From: a virus
IMG/VR virus record: IMGVR_UViG_3300011113_000238
Coordinates: 1 to 64,000 of that record
Direction: 5' to 3' (one strand)
Length of the DNA: 64,000 bases
The notes beneath the pieces were generated by a model. That model saw nothing but the letters and a program-made list of their open reading frames with translations. It did no database searches and was not told the DNA's origin. This document shows, one piece after another, positions 37,268 through 47,048 of this stretch (its first letter is position 1; each line of letters opens with the position of its first letter). The position numbers and the translations under genes were made by a program.

Positions 37268-37679
37268 TATGCAAACTTCATTCAATTTCAAAGTAGCCTA
37301 CATGCTGGCAATGAGCAAGATTGAAACTACAGCAATGTTGTGCATTGCATCGTGGTTAATGTCCGTGGGCTTCATTACAGGTGTGCATGACAAGAGCGTG
37401 GATTACGTAGCCATCTGGCAACTAGGTAGTAAGTACTTCTGGTGCTATACCTTCGCTATATACGCTCTGATTAAAACTCTGAGTATTTTCGGTAGTGTGG
37501 ACTACCGGCTCGAACTAATTAATGCTGTGGTAGGATTATGGGGCTGGTTATACATTTGCCTGAGCTTTATGCTCTTTGACACGACTCCCATTTCTCCGCA
37601 TGAATTGGTATTTCTTCTTCCGGTAATAGCTGAATCTTGGTTGCTACTGTCCTACCAACAACGAGGTGAAAAAGGATAG
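37227..37679 (+). CDS. Four-TM membrane protein
   Basis: Hydrophobic segments; the start may be a later ATG. Confidence 0.6.
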   Translation: MVLARIEMTPIEDSMQTSFNFKVAYMLAMSKIETTAMLCIASWLMSVGFITGVHDKSVDYVAIWQLGSKYFWCYTFAIYALIKTLSIFGSVDYRLELINAVVGLWGWLYICLSFMLFDTTPISPHELVFLLPVIAESWLLLSYQQRGEKG

Positions 37680-37682
37680 CGC

Positions 37683-38036
37683 ATGAACTTGACAAACTTA
37701 TCTGCTGTAGATATTGCCCAAGCTACAACAATGATTGCTGCTGCGATTATAGCAGCTGTAGCCGTACTGCAGAAAGTACTGAAGGGCTTTAAAGACACGA
37801 ACACTGAAAGTAGCATCATCTCACTGATGCATACTGAATTACAGCGGATGGCTACGCAGAATACTCTGCTAACAACCGAACTGAATAAACTACAGCTGGA
37901 AATTCTCAAGCTCAATAAAGAACTTGGTAATCTTTCGGATGAAAATCGCAGGTTGCATAATGAAGTCTCTTCCCTAGCAGCGGAAGTAGTAAGACTGCAG
38001 AATGTAATCGCACTAAACAACATACAAGTTGATTAA
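37683..38036 (+). CDS. TM plus coiled-coil protein (holin or anti-holin-like)
   Basis: One N-terminal TM helix followed by a heptad-rich C-terminus. Confidence 0.6.
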   Translation: MNLTNLSAVDIAQATTMIAAAIIAAVAVLQKVLKGFKDTNTESSIISLMHTELQRMATQNTLLTTELNKLQLEILKLNKELGNLSDENRRLHNEVSSLAAEVVRLQNVIALNNIQVD

Positions 38037-38053
38037 TCAACTAAGGAGGTAAT

Positions 38054-38545
38054 ATGCTACCTATTCTAGCAGGTATTCTCTCAAGTCTAATTGCAAATAA
38101 TATGCCACGAGTAGCGCAAGCTGTCGTGGATAAAGGCTTGGATTATGTGGAGGATAAACTAGGCGTGAAACTTGAACCTGACATGACGCAGGAACAACTC
38201 CAAGCTGTGCGCGAAGCAGCCTTGAAGCATGAAGAATTCCAGATTGAGCAAAGCAACAAGAATACTGACAGTGCTCGTGTAATGAACACAGGTATTCAGA
38301 CTTCGGAATTCGCAAGTACTCTGGCGAAGAACGCAGCTTATTTCATTGACTTTGCGATTGTAGCTGCAGCTATCTTTGTTACATGGTTAACATTCTTCAA
38401 AGCTATCCCCTTGGATAACAAAGAGATTGTCTACACTGCATTGGGTTCTCTCTGGACACTGACAGGTACTATCGTGAACTTCCACAGAGGTTCCAGCCGA
38501 CAGTCCCAAGGTAAGGATGATGTTATTAGAAAGCTGAGTGAATGA
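38054..38545 (+). CDS. Holin-like protein
   Basis: Two C-terminal TM helices, NFHRGSS motif, overlaps the endolysin start. Confidence 0.65.
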   Translation: MLPILAGILSSLIANNMPRVAQAVVDKGLDYVEDKLGVKLEPDMTQEQLQAVREAALKHEEFQIEQSNKNTDSARVMNTGIQTSEFASTLAKNAAYFIDFAIVAAAIFVTWLTFFKAIPLDNKEIVYTALGSLWTLTGTIVNFHRGSSRQSQGKDDVIRKLSE

Positions 38546-39006
38546 AACCAATCGTGATGCTTAGTCCTAACTTCAGTTTACAGGAGTTTACAGCCTCTCA
38601 ATCAGCGTTACGCAGGGGTATATCCAACGAACCTTCTGCGGAGGCTCTACAGTGCCTCAGAGAGCTTGTAATCAACCTTCTGCAACCGCTGAGAGAGCGC
38701 ATCGGTAAACCTTTTACGATTACGAGTGGTTATCGCTCACTTGAACTGAATAAAGCAGTTGGTGGTAGCAAAACATCTCAGCATAACAATGGTCAAGCAG
38801 TTGACTTTGTTGTGGAGGGTTTGACTCCTTTTGAAGTGTGTCAGATTATTGCAACATCCGGTCTTGACTTTGATCAGTTGATATATGAGGGTACGTGGGT
38901 TCATGTATCGTATAATAAAGGTAAGAACCGCAGGCAGCTACTCACTGCAGTATTCAAGGATGGTCAACCGACGACTTATATTCAAGGCTTAGTTAATAAG
39001 CCATAA
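38542..39006 (+). CDS. Endolysin, peptidase M15 family
   Basis: ITSGYRS..LN.AVGG...SQH..GQAVD...WVHVS. Confidence 0.9.
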   Translation: MKPIVMLSPNFSLQEFTASQSALRRGISNEPSAEALQCLRELVINLLQPLRERIGKPFTITSGYRSLELNKAVGGSKTSQHNNGQAVDFVVEGLTPFEVCQIIATSGLDFDQLIYEGTWVHVSYNKGKNRRQLLTAVFKDGQPTTYIQGLVNKP

Positions 39007-39013
39007 ACGAACG

Positions 39014-39067
39014 AAGCCCCTAGAAGGTAGCCATTGCTGGTTATCCTCTAGGGGCTTTTCTTTTATT
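39014..39067. terminator. Terminator between convergent gene blocks (possibly bidirectional)
   Basis: AAGCCCCTAGA...TCTAGGGGCTT followed by a T-tract. Confidence 0.8.
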
Positions 39068-39309
39068 TAACTCAGGAATTCCTGAAGTTGAGCACTAGTC
39101 TTAGCTCCAGTAGCTCGTTTAATTTCAGTTCCGTTTTCTTCGAGTACCATTGTAGGTACACCTCGGATTCCGTAGTCCTTTGCCAACTGAGGGTCAGTGT
39201 CAATATCTACAAAGACAAGGTTAGCTGACAATGCAGTAGCTGCGATTGCGGCTTTGAGAGGTTTGCAATTAACGCACCAAGTGGCGCTGAATACTTTTAG
39301 TTCTTTCAT
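39067..39309 (-). CDS. Thioredoxin
   Basis: FSATWCVNCK and YGIRGVPT. Confidence 0.9.
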   Translation of the reverse strand: MKELKVFSATWCVNCKPLKAAIAATALSANLVFVDIDTDPQLAKDYGIRGVPTMVLEENGTEIKRATGAKTSAQLQEFLS

Positions 39310-39348
39310 TTAATTCCTTTATGAATAAGCCCCGAAGGGCTTTGTTAG

Positions 39349-42054
39349 TTACTGGCAAGCCTCACATTCAGAACCTTTACTGGCTTGTACACCAGCTTGA
39401 GTATGAACGTAATACAGCGCTAGTACGTTCGGATCAGCAAACGCTTCCTCGTGTACTTCTGCGATCCAAGCAGGGTCTTCATCAGCAGCAAAGAACAGGT
39501 TCAGTGACTGCCACTGGTCAACATACGTACTACGTGCGCTTGCCAACCGAAGAACCGCTTTCTGATTAATCTCAAAGGCCGTCTTGAATACTTCCTTCTC
39601 TTTATCCGTAAGCCAAGTCACATGCTGAACCGAACCTTGTGCGTTAGTAATCTCCTGAACGTGCTTACGAGTATACACTCCTTTGGACTTCATCAGTTCA
39701 AGTAGCACAGGATTCAATCTGTCAATTTCACCTGCAGCTGTCATCTGAGTATAACCCATAGCTGGATCAGGATTGATACCTTCTGATACAGAACCAATAA
39801 GCAACGATGTACTCTTAGTCGGGGCAATAGCAATCAAGTGAGTATTACGCACTCCGTAACCTTTGCACCATTCAGGTTCACCTAGTTCTACGGCAGCATC
39901 TGCACTAGCTTGCTTCGCTTGTTTTGCAATATGCGCTTGGATCTCCTGACTGAGCATATGAGCATCAAATGATTCAAATGATAACCCTTTACTCATAAAC
40001 AATGTATGCACACCACACAGACCTAGACCAAGTGCTCTACTCTTCTCCGTGAACCGAACAGCCTTCTCAAGACCTCGGATACCTTTGGCACGTTCAATAA
40101 ACTCACCAGCTACACAATCCAGAAACAATGTAGCCCAGTATACAGCGTCAGTATTCTTCCACTCGTCATATCGGAAAGCATTCATCGAAGAAAGAACGCA
40201 TGTGTATGTGTGTTCAGCATCATTAAACAGCATAATTTCCGAGCACTGTCCTGTCAGAATACCATTGAAAACACCCATGTGTCGTTTTGGTTCGGTAAAG
40301 CAGTATGTATCGTCGTAGCGTCCTTCATCTGTCACTGCTGTGACCTTTACGAACTGAGTACATTCGCGATTGGGACGATGATCTGAAATTTCAAGTCGAT
40401 GAGGTTTAAATCCTAATTCGCTCAAAGTACAAATTCCAGTTTGACCAATCAAGAGTCGATACGCCTTTTGAGTCCAGTATTCACCCATTTCACCAGAGCC
40501 ATCATTCTTCGGTAGCAGCTTCCAACCTTCGTCTTTAGCCATTGTAACCTTAGATGACACACCCAATGTCTGTAGCATCATTTGTACTTCCTGCAGAAAT
40601 ACCTTATTTATACTACCAACTTGAATACTCTGTGTTTTACCGTTTCTAGTGATTGTCCCATCGCCATCGCAAAGACCCGCAAACCACTCAAGTTTGGACT
40701 TGATTGTGTAATCTCCACTAGGTACTGTAAACTTTTTAGCCAAGAGCTTACTTGTAGCAATCTCTCGATTCTCGGTTTCCTGCACATACCAGTTATGGAA
40801 GATACTCGTATCAACAAATTCTTTAAGTTTACGCTTGTCATGATAGAAATAAATCTTTTGCTGCGCACCGTCTACAAAACCTTCGGCACTATACAGACCG
40901 TTCTCGTAAGCATGATCAAATACTTCCTTACCTTCGATAATCGGAAAATCACTTTTAATTAGCTTATCTCCAGCTTTCAGGTCAATAGCTCGTTTTTCAA
41001 CTGTCCAACGATTACCAGAAGTAGGATGACGCATTGCAACGTAGAACTTATGGTAAGGTGTGCATTCCAACTCAAACCCACTGTTAGTACTAACCTTAAT
41101 CAGTTTTTGGTTTTCACCAGTCTTACGAACAACAACATTTGAAAACTCCTTACCATTCCACACATTCACCGCTTCGTTCTCAAGATCGGCAATTTGTTGG
41201 TAACCTTCATCAGTCAAGATCAATGTTTCAGGAGCTACGCACAATTGCGAGTTGTTAATGAACAACCCCTTGTCTACGTACATTTGCGGACGTTTAGCGT
41301 TAGCCTTATCAACAAAGAAGAAGTAACCTTTACCTGTGATCATTTTCAACTTCATTGCCTTTTGGAAACGAGCGATAGCATCAGGGTCTTTGCGGTTAAG
41401 TCGATCAATGAATGTCTGTCTGATTGTCCAACCCAAATTCAGATCATCAGGTTCTGCGTTTGCATGATCTGCTAACTCAAAGAAGTCACCGTGCTCAATA
41501 TCCAAGTAGCAAGCCCAAGCACCCCTACGAGCAGTACCTTGTGCGATGTTACGCATAGCATTTACATGCTCTTTGATAATCGGGAGTACACCGCTTGCTT
41601 TACCGCCTACACTGATACTAGAACCACGAGGGCGAATATTACTCAGGTCAGTAGCTGTACCAAAACCATATTTAGTTAACATCGCTACTTCGTGAAGGTT
41701 ACTATAGAAACCATCCACAGAATCATCCGCAATTGTACCTGAGCAAGATACAGGCATACCTCGGGTTGTACCCATGTTTGCGAATACTGGAGTACTAGGG
41801 GATACCCAACCTTTCCATAAAAGCTCAAAGAACTTCGATTCAGCTTGTGCTTCAAACTTAGTACCTTTTAGATGTTTAGCTGCAGTACGTGCGATGCGTT
41901 CAAACTGACCTTTGACAGATCGACCGTGAACTTCGTATTCGTACTTCTCCTTAAACATCTGGAAACCTGCAGTTGTATACCAGTCAGGAACTAGACCTTG
42001 TTGTTGTAGTTGTTTGCGTTCTTCGCTTAGTTTGCGATAAATATTATCAGTCAT
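39349..42054 (-). CDS. nrdA: Ribonucleotide reductase class I alpha subunit containing an intein
   Basis: SPSTPV, PVSC, RRGA, CSEI, TCVLSS, AIAPT, LYY and C-terminal CEACQ; start MTDNIY at 42054; no ATP-cone seen. Confidence 0.95.
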   Translation of the reverse strand: MTDNIYRKLSEERKQLQQQGLVPDWYTTAGFQMFKEKYEYEVHGRSVKGQFERIARTAAKHLKGTKFEAQAESKFFELLWKGWVSPSTPVFANMGTTRGMPVSCSGTIADDSVDGFYSNLHEVAMLTKYGFGTATDLSNIRPRGSSISVGGKASGVLPIIKEHVNAMRNIAQGTARRGAWACYLDIEHGDFFELADHANAEPDDLNLGWTIRQTFIDRLNRKDPDAIARFQKAMKLKMITGKGYFFFVDKANAKRPQMYVDKGLFINNSQLCVAPETLILTDEGYQQIADLENEAVNVWNGKEFSNVVVRKTGENQKLIKVSTNSGFELECTPYHKFYVAMRHPTSGNRWTVEKRAIDLKAGDKLIKSDFPIIEGKEVFDHAYENGLYSAEGFVDGAQQKIYFYHDKRKLKEFVDTSIFHNWYVQETENREIATSKLLAKKFTVPSGDYTIKSKLEWFAGLCDGDGTITRNGKTQSIQVGSINKVFLQEVQMMLQTLGVSSKVTMAKDEGWKLLPKNDGSGEMGEYWTQKAYRLLIGQTGICTLSELGFKPHRLEISDHRPNRECTQFVKVTAVTDEGRYDDTYCFTEPKRHMGVFNGILTGQCSEIMLFNDAEHTYTCVLSSMNAFRYDEWKNTDAVYWATLFLDCVAGEFIERAKGIRGLEKAVRFTEKSRALGLGLCGVHTLFMSKGLSFESFDAHMLSQEIQAHIAKQAKQASADAAVELGEPEWCKGYGVRNTHLIAIAPTKSTSLLIGSVSEGINPDPAMGYTQMTAAGEIDRLNPVLLELMKSKGVYTRKHVQEITNAQGSVQHVTWLTDKEKEVFKTAFEINQKAVLRLASARSTYVDQWQSLNLFFAADEDPAWIAEVHEEAFADPNVLALYYVHTQAGVQASKGSECEACQ
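40246..41241 (-). mobile_element. Intein (332 aa) with LAGLIDADG endonuclease and C-terminal Gln
   Basis: Begins CVAPETLILT; block B LECTPYHKF; WFAGLCDGDG; ends NGILTGQ before the catalytic CSEI. Confidence 0.92.
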
Positions 42055-43036
42055 TCGTACCTTTCCATGTAAAACCTGTTTCGTCCCAGTTTCTGTTATA
42101 TTGATTACCCACGCCTGAGAAAAAGTCGTTAAACTGATAGTCGTTAATCCCTTTGTAAAACCAGTCAGCAATTGGATTGTATTTCACTTCGTACTCTTTT
42201 TCAAATCCCAATTGCTTCAAGCATTCATTCACACGACTTTGCACAAAGTTCTCAAGTTGATGCGCAGTGATACCCTTGATTTCACCCTTCTCAAAGATCA
42301 TCTGGATAATCTGACATTCATGCTCATAAATCTTACGAGCAGTTTCACGCACCAATTGTTCTACCTTCGCCTTGCGTTGTGCAATTTGATCATCAGTATA
42401 ACCTTCGCTCTTCAGCTTATTCATCTTGTGTTTGAACGCCCATGCTCCACCTGTTGAATGCAGATTTTCATCACGCACGGAGAAGTTGATTCCTCGGACA
42501 ATGTTCAACAACTTGTTCTTACCTTGACTTTGGAAGTGCTTCAGGAAACCAAAGTTGCTATAAAGAATAACACCTTCAACCAAACTAAATGATGCAAGTG
42601 AAACTAGGTCATCCTCATGATCAATAATCTCACCAACATGCTCAACTCGACTCTTCAGTACTGCGTTATCCACATAGGACATGTAGAACTCAGGGGTATC
42701 AATGTGCAGTAGTTGGTTAATCTTATTGTAGAACGGGGCATGTACTGCTAGTTCAAACATGCTGAACACAGATGCCATACGATGAAACTCAGCACCATCA
42801 AACATATTCTTGAAGCGACCACCCCAGTATTCAGAACCTGCGTGAGTCTCGTAGATACTGAACAACTTGAGAGTAGTGATCACTGCATGTTTCTCAGCTT
42901 CCGTCATGTTGACCAGAATGTCTTGCACGTCTTTCTCTACTTTGATTTCATCAGGTAACCAAAATACCTTCAGTTGTTGATCAGCAAATTCAATCGGTTC
43001 TTTATTCTCTTCAATCGGTAATAGGTATTTTTCCAT
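42047..43036 (-). CDS. nrdB: Ribonucleotide reductase beta subunit
   Basis: FWLPDEI, FELAVH..FY, VEGVILYSNF, RDENLH, DFFS. Confidence 0.93.
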   Translation of the reverse strand: MEKYLLPIEENKEPIEFADQQLKVFWLPDEIKVEKDVQDILVNMTEAEKHAVITTLKLFSIYETHAGSEYWGGRFKNMFDGAEFHRMASVFSMFELAVHAPFYNKINQLLHIDTPEFYMSYVDNAVLKSRVEHVGEIIDHEDDLVSLASFSLVEGVILYSNFGFLKHFQSQGKNKLLNIVRGINFSVRDENLHSTGGAWAFKHKMNKLKSEGYTDDQIAQRKAKVEQLVRETARKIYEHECQIIQMIFEKGEIKGITAHQLENFVQSRVNECLKQLGFEKEYEVKYNPIADWFYKGINDYQFNDFFSGVGNQYNRNWDETGFTWKGTND

Positions 43037-43047
43037 CTTATCTTTCG

Positions 43048-43509
43048 TTATTTAGCCCATTGGGACTCGTCAATCACTGTGTACTTGTCTCTGCTTTCAA
43101 GATACTCCTGAGTATCCGTAGTTTCACTCCTTGAGCGGTACACATCTTCAAGGATTTTACTACCACTGTACTTATCAATCGCTTCTTTGCTGGCATAACC
43201 TGAGTTGATCCATTCAGAGTCTTGTCGGCTTTCACCAACCCAACGACTGCATGTTACGACTTCATTCAAGCGGTTGCGATGTTTGATTGCATCTTGACGT
43301 TGATACGGTAGGGAGGTATCCATGCCCAAACCGTATAGTGTTTTCTTGAAGTTAAACGGATCGTCAGTTTCAAAACTCGCAGTGTAATCAGGGATAGCTC
43401 GTGCAAGCTCTGATTCTGATACGATCACTTGAGCAATGATCATACTGCTTCTTTTCTCTTTGTGAGCCTGAAACCGAGATAGAGTTTCTTTTGATTTTTG
43501 TGCTTGCAT
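43048..43509 (-). CDS. Hypothetical protein
   Basis: ORF with AGGAG RBS and an upstream promoter. Confidence 0.65.
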   Translation of the reverse strand: MQAQKSKETLSRFQAHKEKRSSMIIAQVIVSESELARAIPDYTASFETDDPFNFKKTLYGLGMDTSLPYQRQDAIKHRNRLNEVVTCSRWVGESRQDSEWINSGYASKEAIDKYSGSKILEDVYRSRSETTDTQEYLESRDKYTVIDESQWAK

Positions 43510-43542
43510 AAGCTCCTTAATGGTAATTCATGGTGAGTAAGT

Positions 43543-43587
43543 ATTATACCAGCAGAAGTACAGGAAGTAAAGATAACTTCTGCTGGT
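43543..43587 (-). promoter_or_regulatory. Promoter overlapping a 12-bp inverted repeat
   Basis: TTTACT-17-TATAAT on the minus strand; ACCAGCAGAAGT/ACTTCTGCTGGT. Confidence 0.6.
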
Positions 43588-43595
43588 TCTTAGGT

Positions 43596-43793
43596 TCAGA
43601 GGTACTTGCGCTTTTCGATAACAGTTAAATTACCTTCTTCGTCAGTTGTCTCTGTGATGCTACTGGCAGTGTCCTCCTTGTATTTATTGTACATCTTAAT
43701 CAATTGATTCATAATCAGTACGTACATTACAACGATAAGTACAATTTGAGCAATAAGAATAAAGTTACCCATTAGTGCAGTGCTTTCTTCCAA
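43596..43793 (-). CDS. Small membrane protein
   Basis: One TM helix; start probably the later ATG near 43772. Confidence 0.55.
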   Translation of the reverse strand: MEESTALMGNFILIAQIVLIVVMYVLIMNQLIKMYNKYKEDTASSITETTDEEGNLTVIEKRKYL

Positions 43794-44374
43794 AGGTTTT
43801 CGTCGTAAGTTCCATTCGCAATATCTTCCTCAATTTGAGTCTGCAGTCTAAACATCAAGCTAGTGATAGCGCAAGCAAGGTGATAGCAGTTCGTACCTTT
43901 AGAATCATCCTTATCCAAGTCCAAGCGTTCACCTTTCTTAACTGCCATTATGTGACGTTGGGTAGCGTTGTAATAACGGAAGTCAGCATCTGGAACTAAC
44001 CGCCAGTTCTCTTGACCGATTGGTTCATTGTAACGCACAGCACCTACTGTCAGAACCTTCACAACCTCTTCCAGAGCGTTTGTAGGTAGCAGAGCATACA
44101 TTGGCTTACCTGAGTCGAACTTACGTCCTGTAGAGGGTTCTGGTGACTTTACGGAGGGTTCTTCTGGTGCGTATTGCCATACAGACTCTTCGTCTCTCTC
44201 GCACATGAGTTCTCCACTATCATCTACTAGCGGACTGCAATCGGGAGCGTGTAGCATTATACAATGCTTGCACTGGTTAGGGTCGCCAATTACGGAATCA
44301 TCTCGTTTAATGAAAATGATCTTGCGACCATTCAATTCATTGACATACAGACTCTTTACTTCACTCATTGTCAC
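43772..44374 (-). CDS. dATP/dGTP diphosphohydrolase (DUF5664)-like protein
   Basis: GRKFDSGKP...LLP..ALEEVVKVLTVGA.RY...NWR...RH...HLACA. Confidence 0.8.
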   Translation of the reverse strand: MTMSEVKSLYVNELNGRKIIFIKRDDSVIGDPNQCKHCIMLHAPDCSPLVDDSGELMCERDEESVWQYAPEEPSVKSPEPSTGRKFDSGKPMYALLPTNALEEVVKVLTVGAVRYNEPIGQENWRLVPDADFRYYNATQRHIMAVKKGERLDLDKDDSKGTNCYHLACAITSLMFRLQTQIEEDIANGTYDENLWKKALH

Positions 44375-44861
44375 CCTCCTTAATAATCAAACCCAACGGT
44401 ACAAAAGAACTTACATCGTTACTGACGAAGTTACTCGGCTTACGCACCTTGTTGTTAATGTCCTTGAATACAACCAACTCGTAATTAGGATTCTGCTCAT
44501 AAATAATACCTACGTCTTTATCAGCGTACATATTCAAAGTATCAATGCAAGTATCAACATCGCTTGTATTAACGAACTTCGTAAGGTTATTGGCAGCCGT
44601 AGCTTTCATTGCACCTAGAGTATCCATCTGAAGTGCATCCAGCATTTGACCAAGACCGGAAGCGGTAACCATAACATCCACGTAACCATCTAGTAGTCCT
44701 GTGTGGTTACTTGCAAGTAGATCACGTTTAGTTTCGTTAAGTTCCTCCTGAATTAGTTCGATTTGCTCAAGCAAGGATTTCTTTGTTGGTACTCCGTCTT
44801 TACCTGCAATGGTATTGAAGAGTTGACAATCCTTGATGAAGTCATTGGTTGTGTAGTTCAT
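44361..44861 (-). CDS. MazG-like NTP pyrophosphohydrolase
   Basis: LIQEELNE...LLDGYVD...NNLTK...KVRKP. Confidence 0.8.
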   Translation of the reverse strand: MNYTTNDFIKDCQLFNTIAGKDGVPTKKSLLEQIELIQEELNETKRDLLASNHTGLLDGYVDVMVTASGLGQMLDALQMDTLGAMKATAANNLTKFVNTSDVDTCIDTLNMYADKDVGIIYEQNPNYELVVFKDINNKVRKPSNFVSNDVSSFVPLGLIIKEGDNE

Positions 44862-44886
44862 ATTTACCTTTCTTTAATGTGAGGTG

Positions 44887-45087
44887 TTACTTACCTTTGA
44901 AAACTGCGTAGACTACTCGCGCCAACATAGCAGTAACTACTACTGAAATTAATTGCGGAAGCGTCATGTATTGCTGAATAAAAACCACTACAGACCAAAC
45001 TGCAGCTACAATCACAAGACATGTACAGAGAAACAATGGAAAACTGTCAATTAATACTGCCACTCGAAACGGATTATGTAGTTTCAC
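44887..45087 (-). CDS. Small membrane protein
   Basis: Two hydrophobic helices. Confidence 0.55.
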   Translation of the reverse strand: MKLHNPFRVAVLIDSFPLFLCTCLVIVAAVWSVVVFIQQYMTLPQLISVVVTAMLARVVYAVFKGK

Positions 45088-45255
45088 TTTAACGCCTTTC
45101 TAATCTTAAAACCTCTAAACAATAAAACCCCTGCGGGTTACGCAGGGATTCTCTAATTATCTAACCTGAATTATATCAGATTTTTGCAGTAGTCAGAAGA
45201 CTCTTGCGTTTTTCTTTGCTGTTCAGCACTTGTCGCTTGCGTTAAGCATTGTACC

Positions 45256-46050
45256 TTAAATTTTAAAGTATCCCAACTCTTTTACACGAGTTAGACAATT
45301 AAAATTAAGGAGTGCATTTTCAACTCTTTCAGGAAGTTTACATTGCAACTTTTCGTAAGCATCTTTGATATACATGTCTTTGAATTTAGCATAAATTTCC
45401 CATGCTTCACTCTCAGATGAACAGCGTCCAATATGCTCCGATTGCCCAGTCACTGTACGTGTAACTTTCACAGCATAAAGATTACGTCCATGATCGTACT
45501 GCATTTTAGTTGCCAACTGGATAGCAATGTTTAATTCATAAGGTAGCAGACAGCACGTATTTTCCGAATAGAGATTGCCCTTTTGGTTAAGTAAATCGCT
45601 ATCTAGACAAACGACTTTGCCTTCTAAATTAGAATCTTGCATCTCTTGTTTAAACCATTTTGCAAACATCTGATAGTTATACCAAAGAGGGTCAACACTA
45701 GAACCCGCATCACTATAGCACTTAACAGCTCTAGCGTGATCTTCACTATGATTAACACCGTAGCATCTTGATAACATACCGTGCCATTTAACATACTCTA
45801 GGGTTTTCTTGTTATTGACAGAGATAGGATAACCCTCTCCGTGAAAACCTTTACTACAGATAACTGGTCTATACGGGTTAGGAGGATTTCCATCTCGGAT
45901 ATTCACAGTTCTAGTCTTCACAACACAATCTGGCTCGTCCGTGTAGCTTATGAAAACACTGTCGCAATTATCGTACTTCACGATCTTAAAAGATTCTCCG
46001 TATGCTGTGTGATAAACACGATCAAAATCAGGTTTTAAACGAGCAGGCAT
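45256..46050 (-). CDS. HNH-family homing endonuclease
   Basis: YVKWHGMLSRCY...W..YQ.F..WF...LDSD...N..YS..TCCLLP..LN. Confidence 0.75.
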   Translation of the reverse strand: MPARLKPDFDRVYHTAYGESFKIVKYDNCDSVFISYTDEPDCVVKTRTVNIRDGNPPNPYRPVICSKGFHGEGYPISVNNKKTLEYVKWHGMLSRCYGVNHSEDHARAVKCYSDAGSSVDPLWYNYQMFAKWFKQEMQDSNLEGKVVCLDSDLLNQKGNLYSENTCCLLPYELNIAIQLATKMQYDHGRNLYAVKVTRTVTGQSEHIGRCSSESEAWEIYAKFKDMYIKDAYEKLQCKLPERVENALLNFNCLTRVKELGYFKI

Positions 46051-47039
46051 TTACGTTTCTCTTTACTCGTTTTGTTGACTTTACCGCGATGTACGCTTCC
46101 ACAACCAAGACACACGTACTCGTCATAAGTTGAAGATGAAGTTACAACGGCACGACCTGTTGCTTCTAGATTGTCAGAGCCACAAGTCCTGCAGCGAGGT
46201 GTATTATCCTCAAAATACATTGCAGCGTTGAAGTCACTACCAGCTTTACCTGTTTGTTTCAGTTTGTTATAGACTTCTTCAAGCACGACCACATCCTGTT
46301 TGCAGTATTCAACCATAGTTGTCATAGCGTTGACATCACCTGATTGTACACCAACCCACAGTGAAATACCAGAGTGATCCATCTTTAGCGGAAGATTAAA
46401 GTAAGCAGCAATACTCCCAAGTTTGTTACTAGGTAACCGCAAATTACGTTTGGCAAGTTCAAGTGTATCCAGCACCTTTACAACAGGTAGGGCTGGGAAA
46501 TCCCAATACGCGCTACGGGCTTGTAAAACCTTGTGGTCATACCCCTTGGAATTATGACAAATTACAGCATCACTTTCACGGTAAAGTTGGCGCAATTTTT
46601 CTACGACTCGTGAATCATTCCCAGCTTCAACTTCCTCTTTGGTGAGGTGGATCGAATCTACAGTCTTTTCACCGAGATTCTTCCAAGATGCACAGAGAAT
46701 AAAACCACCTTTTTTGACGATAGCTTCCTGACTGATGTTGATCTTGTGTCGTCCGAAAAATAGACCAATATCCCCAGCAACTTCCAGATCATAGAAAAGG
46801 ATGCGTGGACCTTGTTTTTTTGGTTTATCGAAGGCTACATCCTTGGGGTTGTACTGCAGCTCTGGTACTTCTGGACTACCCTCAACACAATCATCGAAAT
46901 GCTCACGTAGAGCTGCCGCAGCAATATAGTTGTTCACCGTACTCTTACTTACATCCGCAATATGAGCAATTTTACGAGAGGACAATCCTAGTTCGGATAG
47001 TGCAAGGATTAGTTCAATGGTTTCTGGGTTAGTTTGCAA
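46035..47039 (-). CDS. DnaQ/RNase H-like 3'-5' exonuclease with N-terminal HTH and C-terminal Zn ribbon
   Basis: ILFYDLE, HNSKGYD, DTL and YCKQDV; GLSSRKIA...VSKSTV; two CxxC pairs. Confidence 0.85.
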   Translation of the reverse strand: MQTNPETIELILALSELGLSSRKIAHIADVSKSTVNNYIAAAALREHFDDCVEGSPEVPELQYNPKDVAFDKPKKQGPRILFYDLEVAGDIGLFFGRHKINISQEAIVKKGGFILCASWKNLGEKTVDSIHLTKEEVEAGNDSRVVEKLRQLYRESDAVICHNSKGYDHKVLQARSAYWDFPALPVVKVLDTLELAKRNLRLPSNKLGSIAAYFNLPLKMDHSGISLWVGVQSGDVNAMTTMVEYCKQDVVVLEEVYNKLKQTGKAGSDFNAAMYFEDNTPRCRTCGSDNLEATGRAVVTSSSTYDEYVCLGCGSVHRGKVNKTSKEKRKCLLV

Positions 47040-47048
47040 TTTAGCTCC

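Noticed and set aside
42055-42171. N-terminal extension of NrdA given in the ORF track
   Set aside because: It overlaps the nrdB 3' end; the ATG at 42054 with an AAGG RBS is the plausible start. The same reasoning was applied to the track starts at 18088, 28936, 47642, 57831 and 62626.
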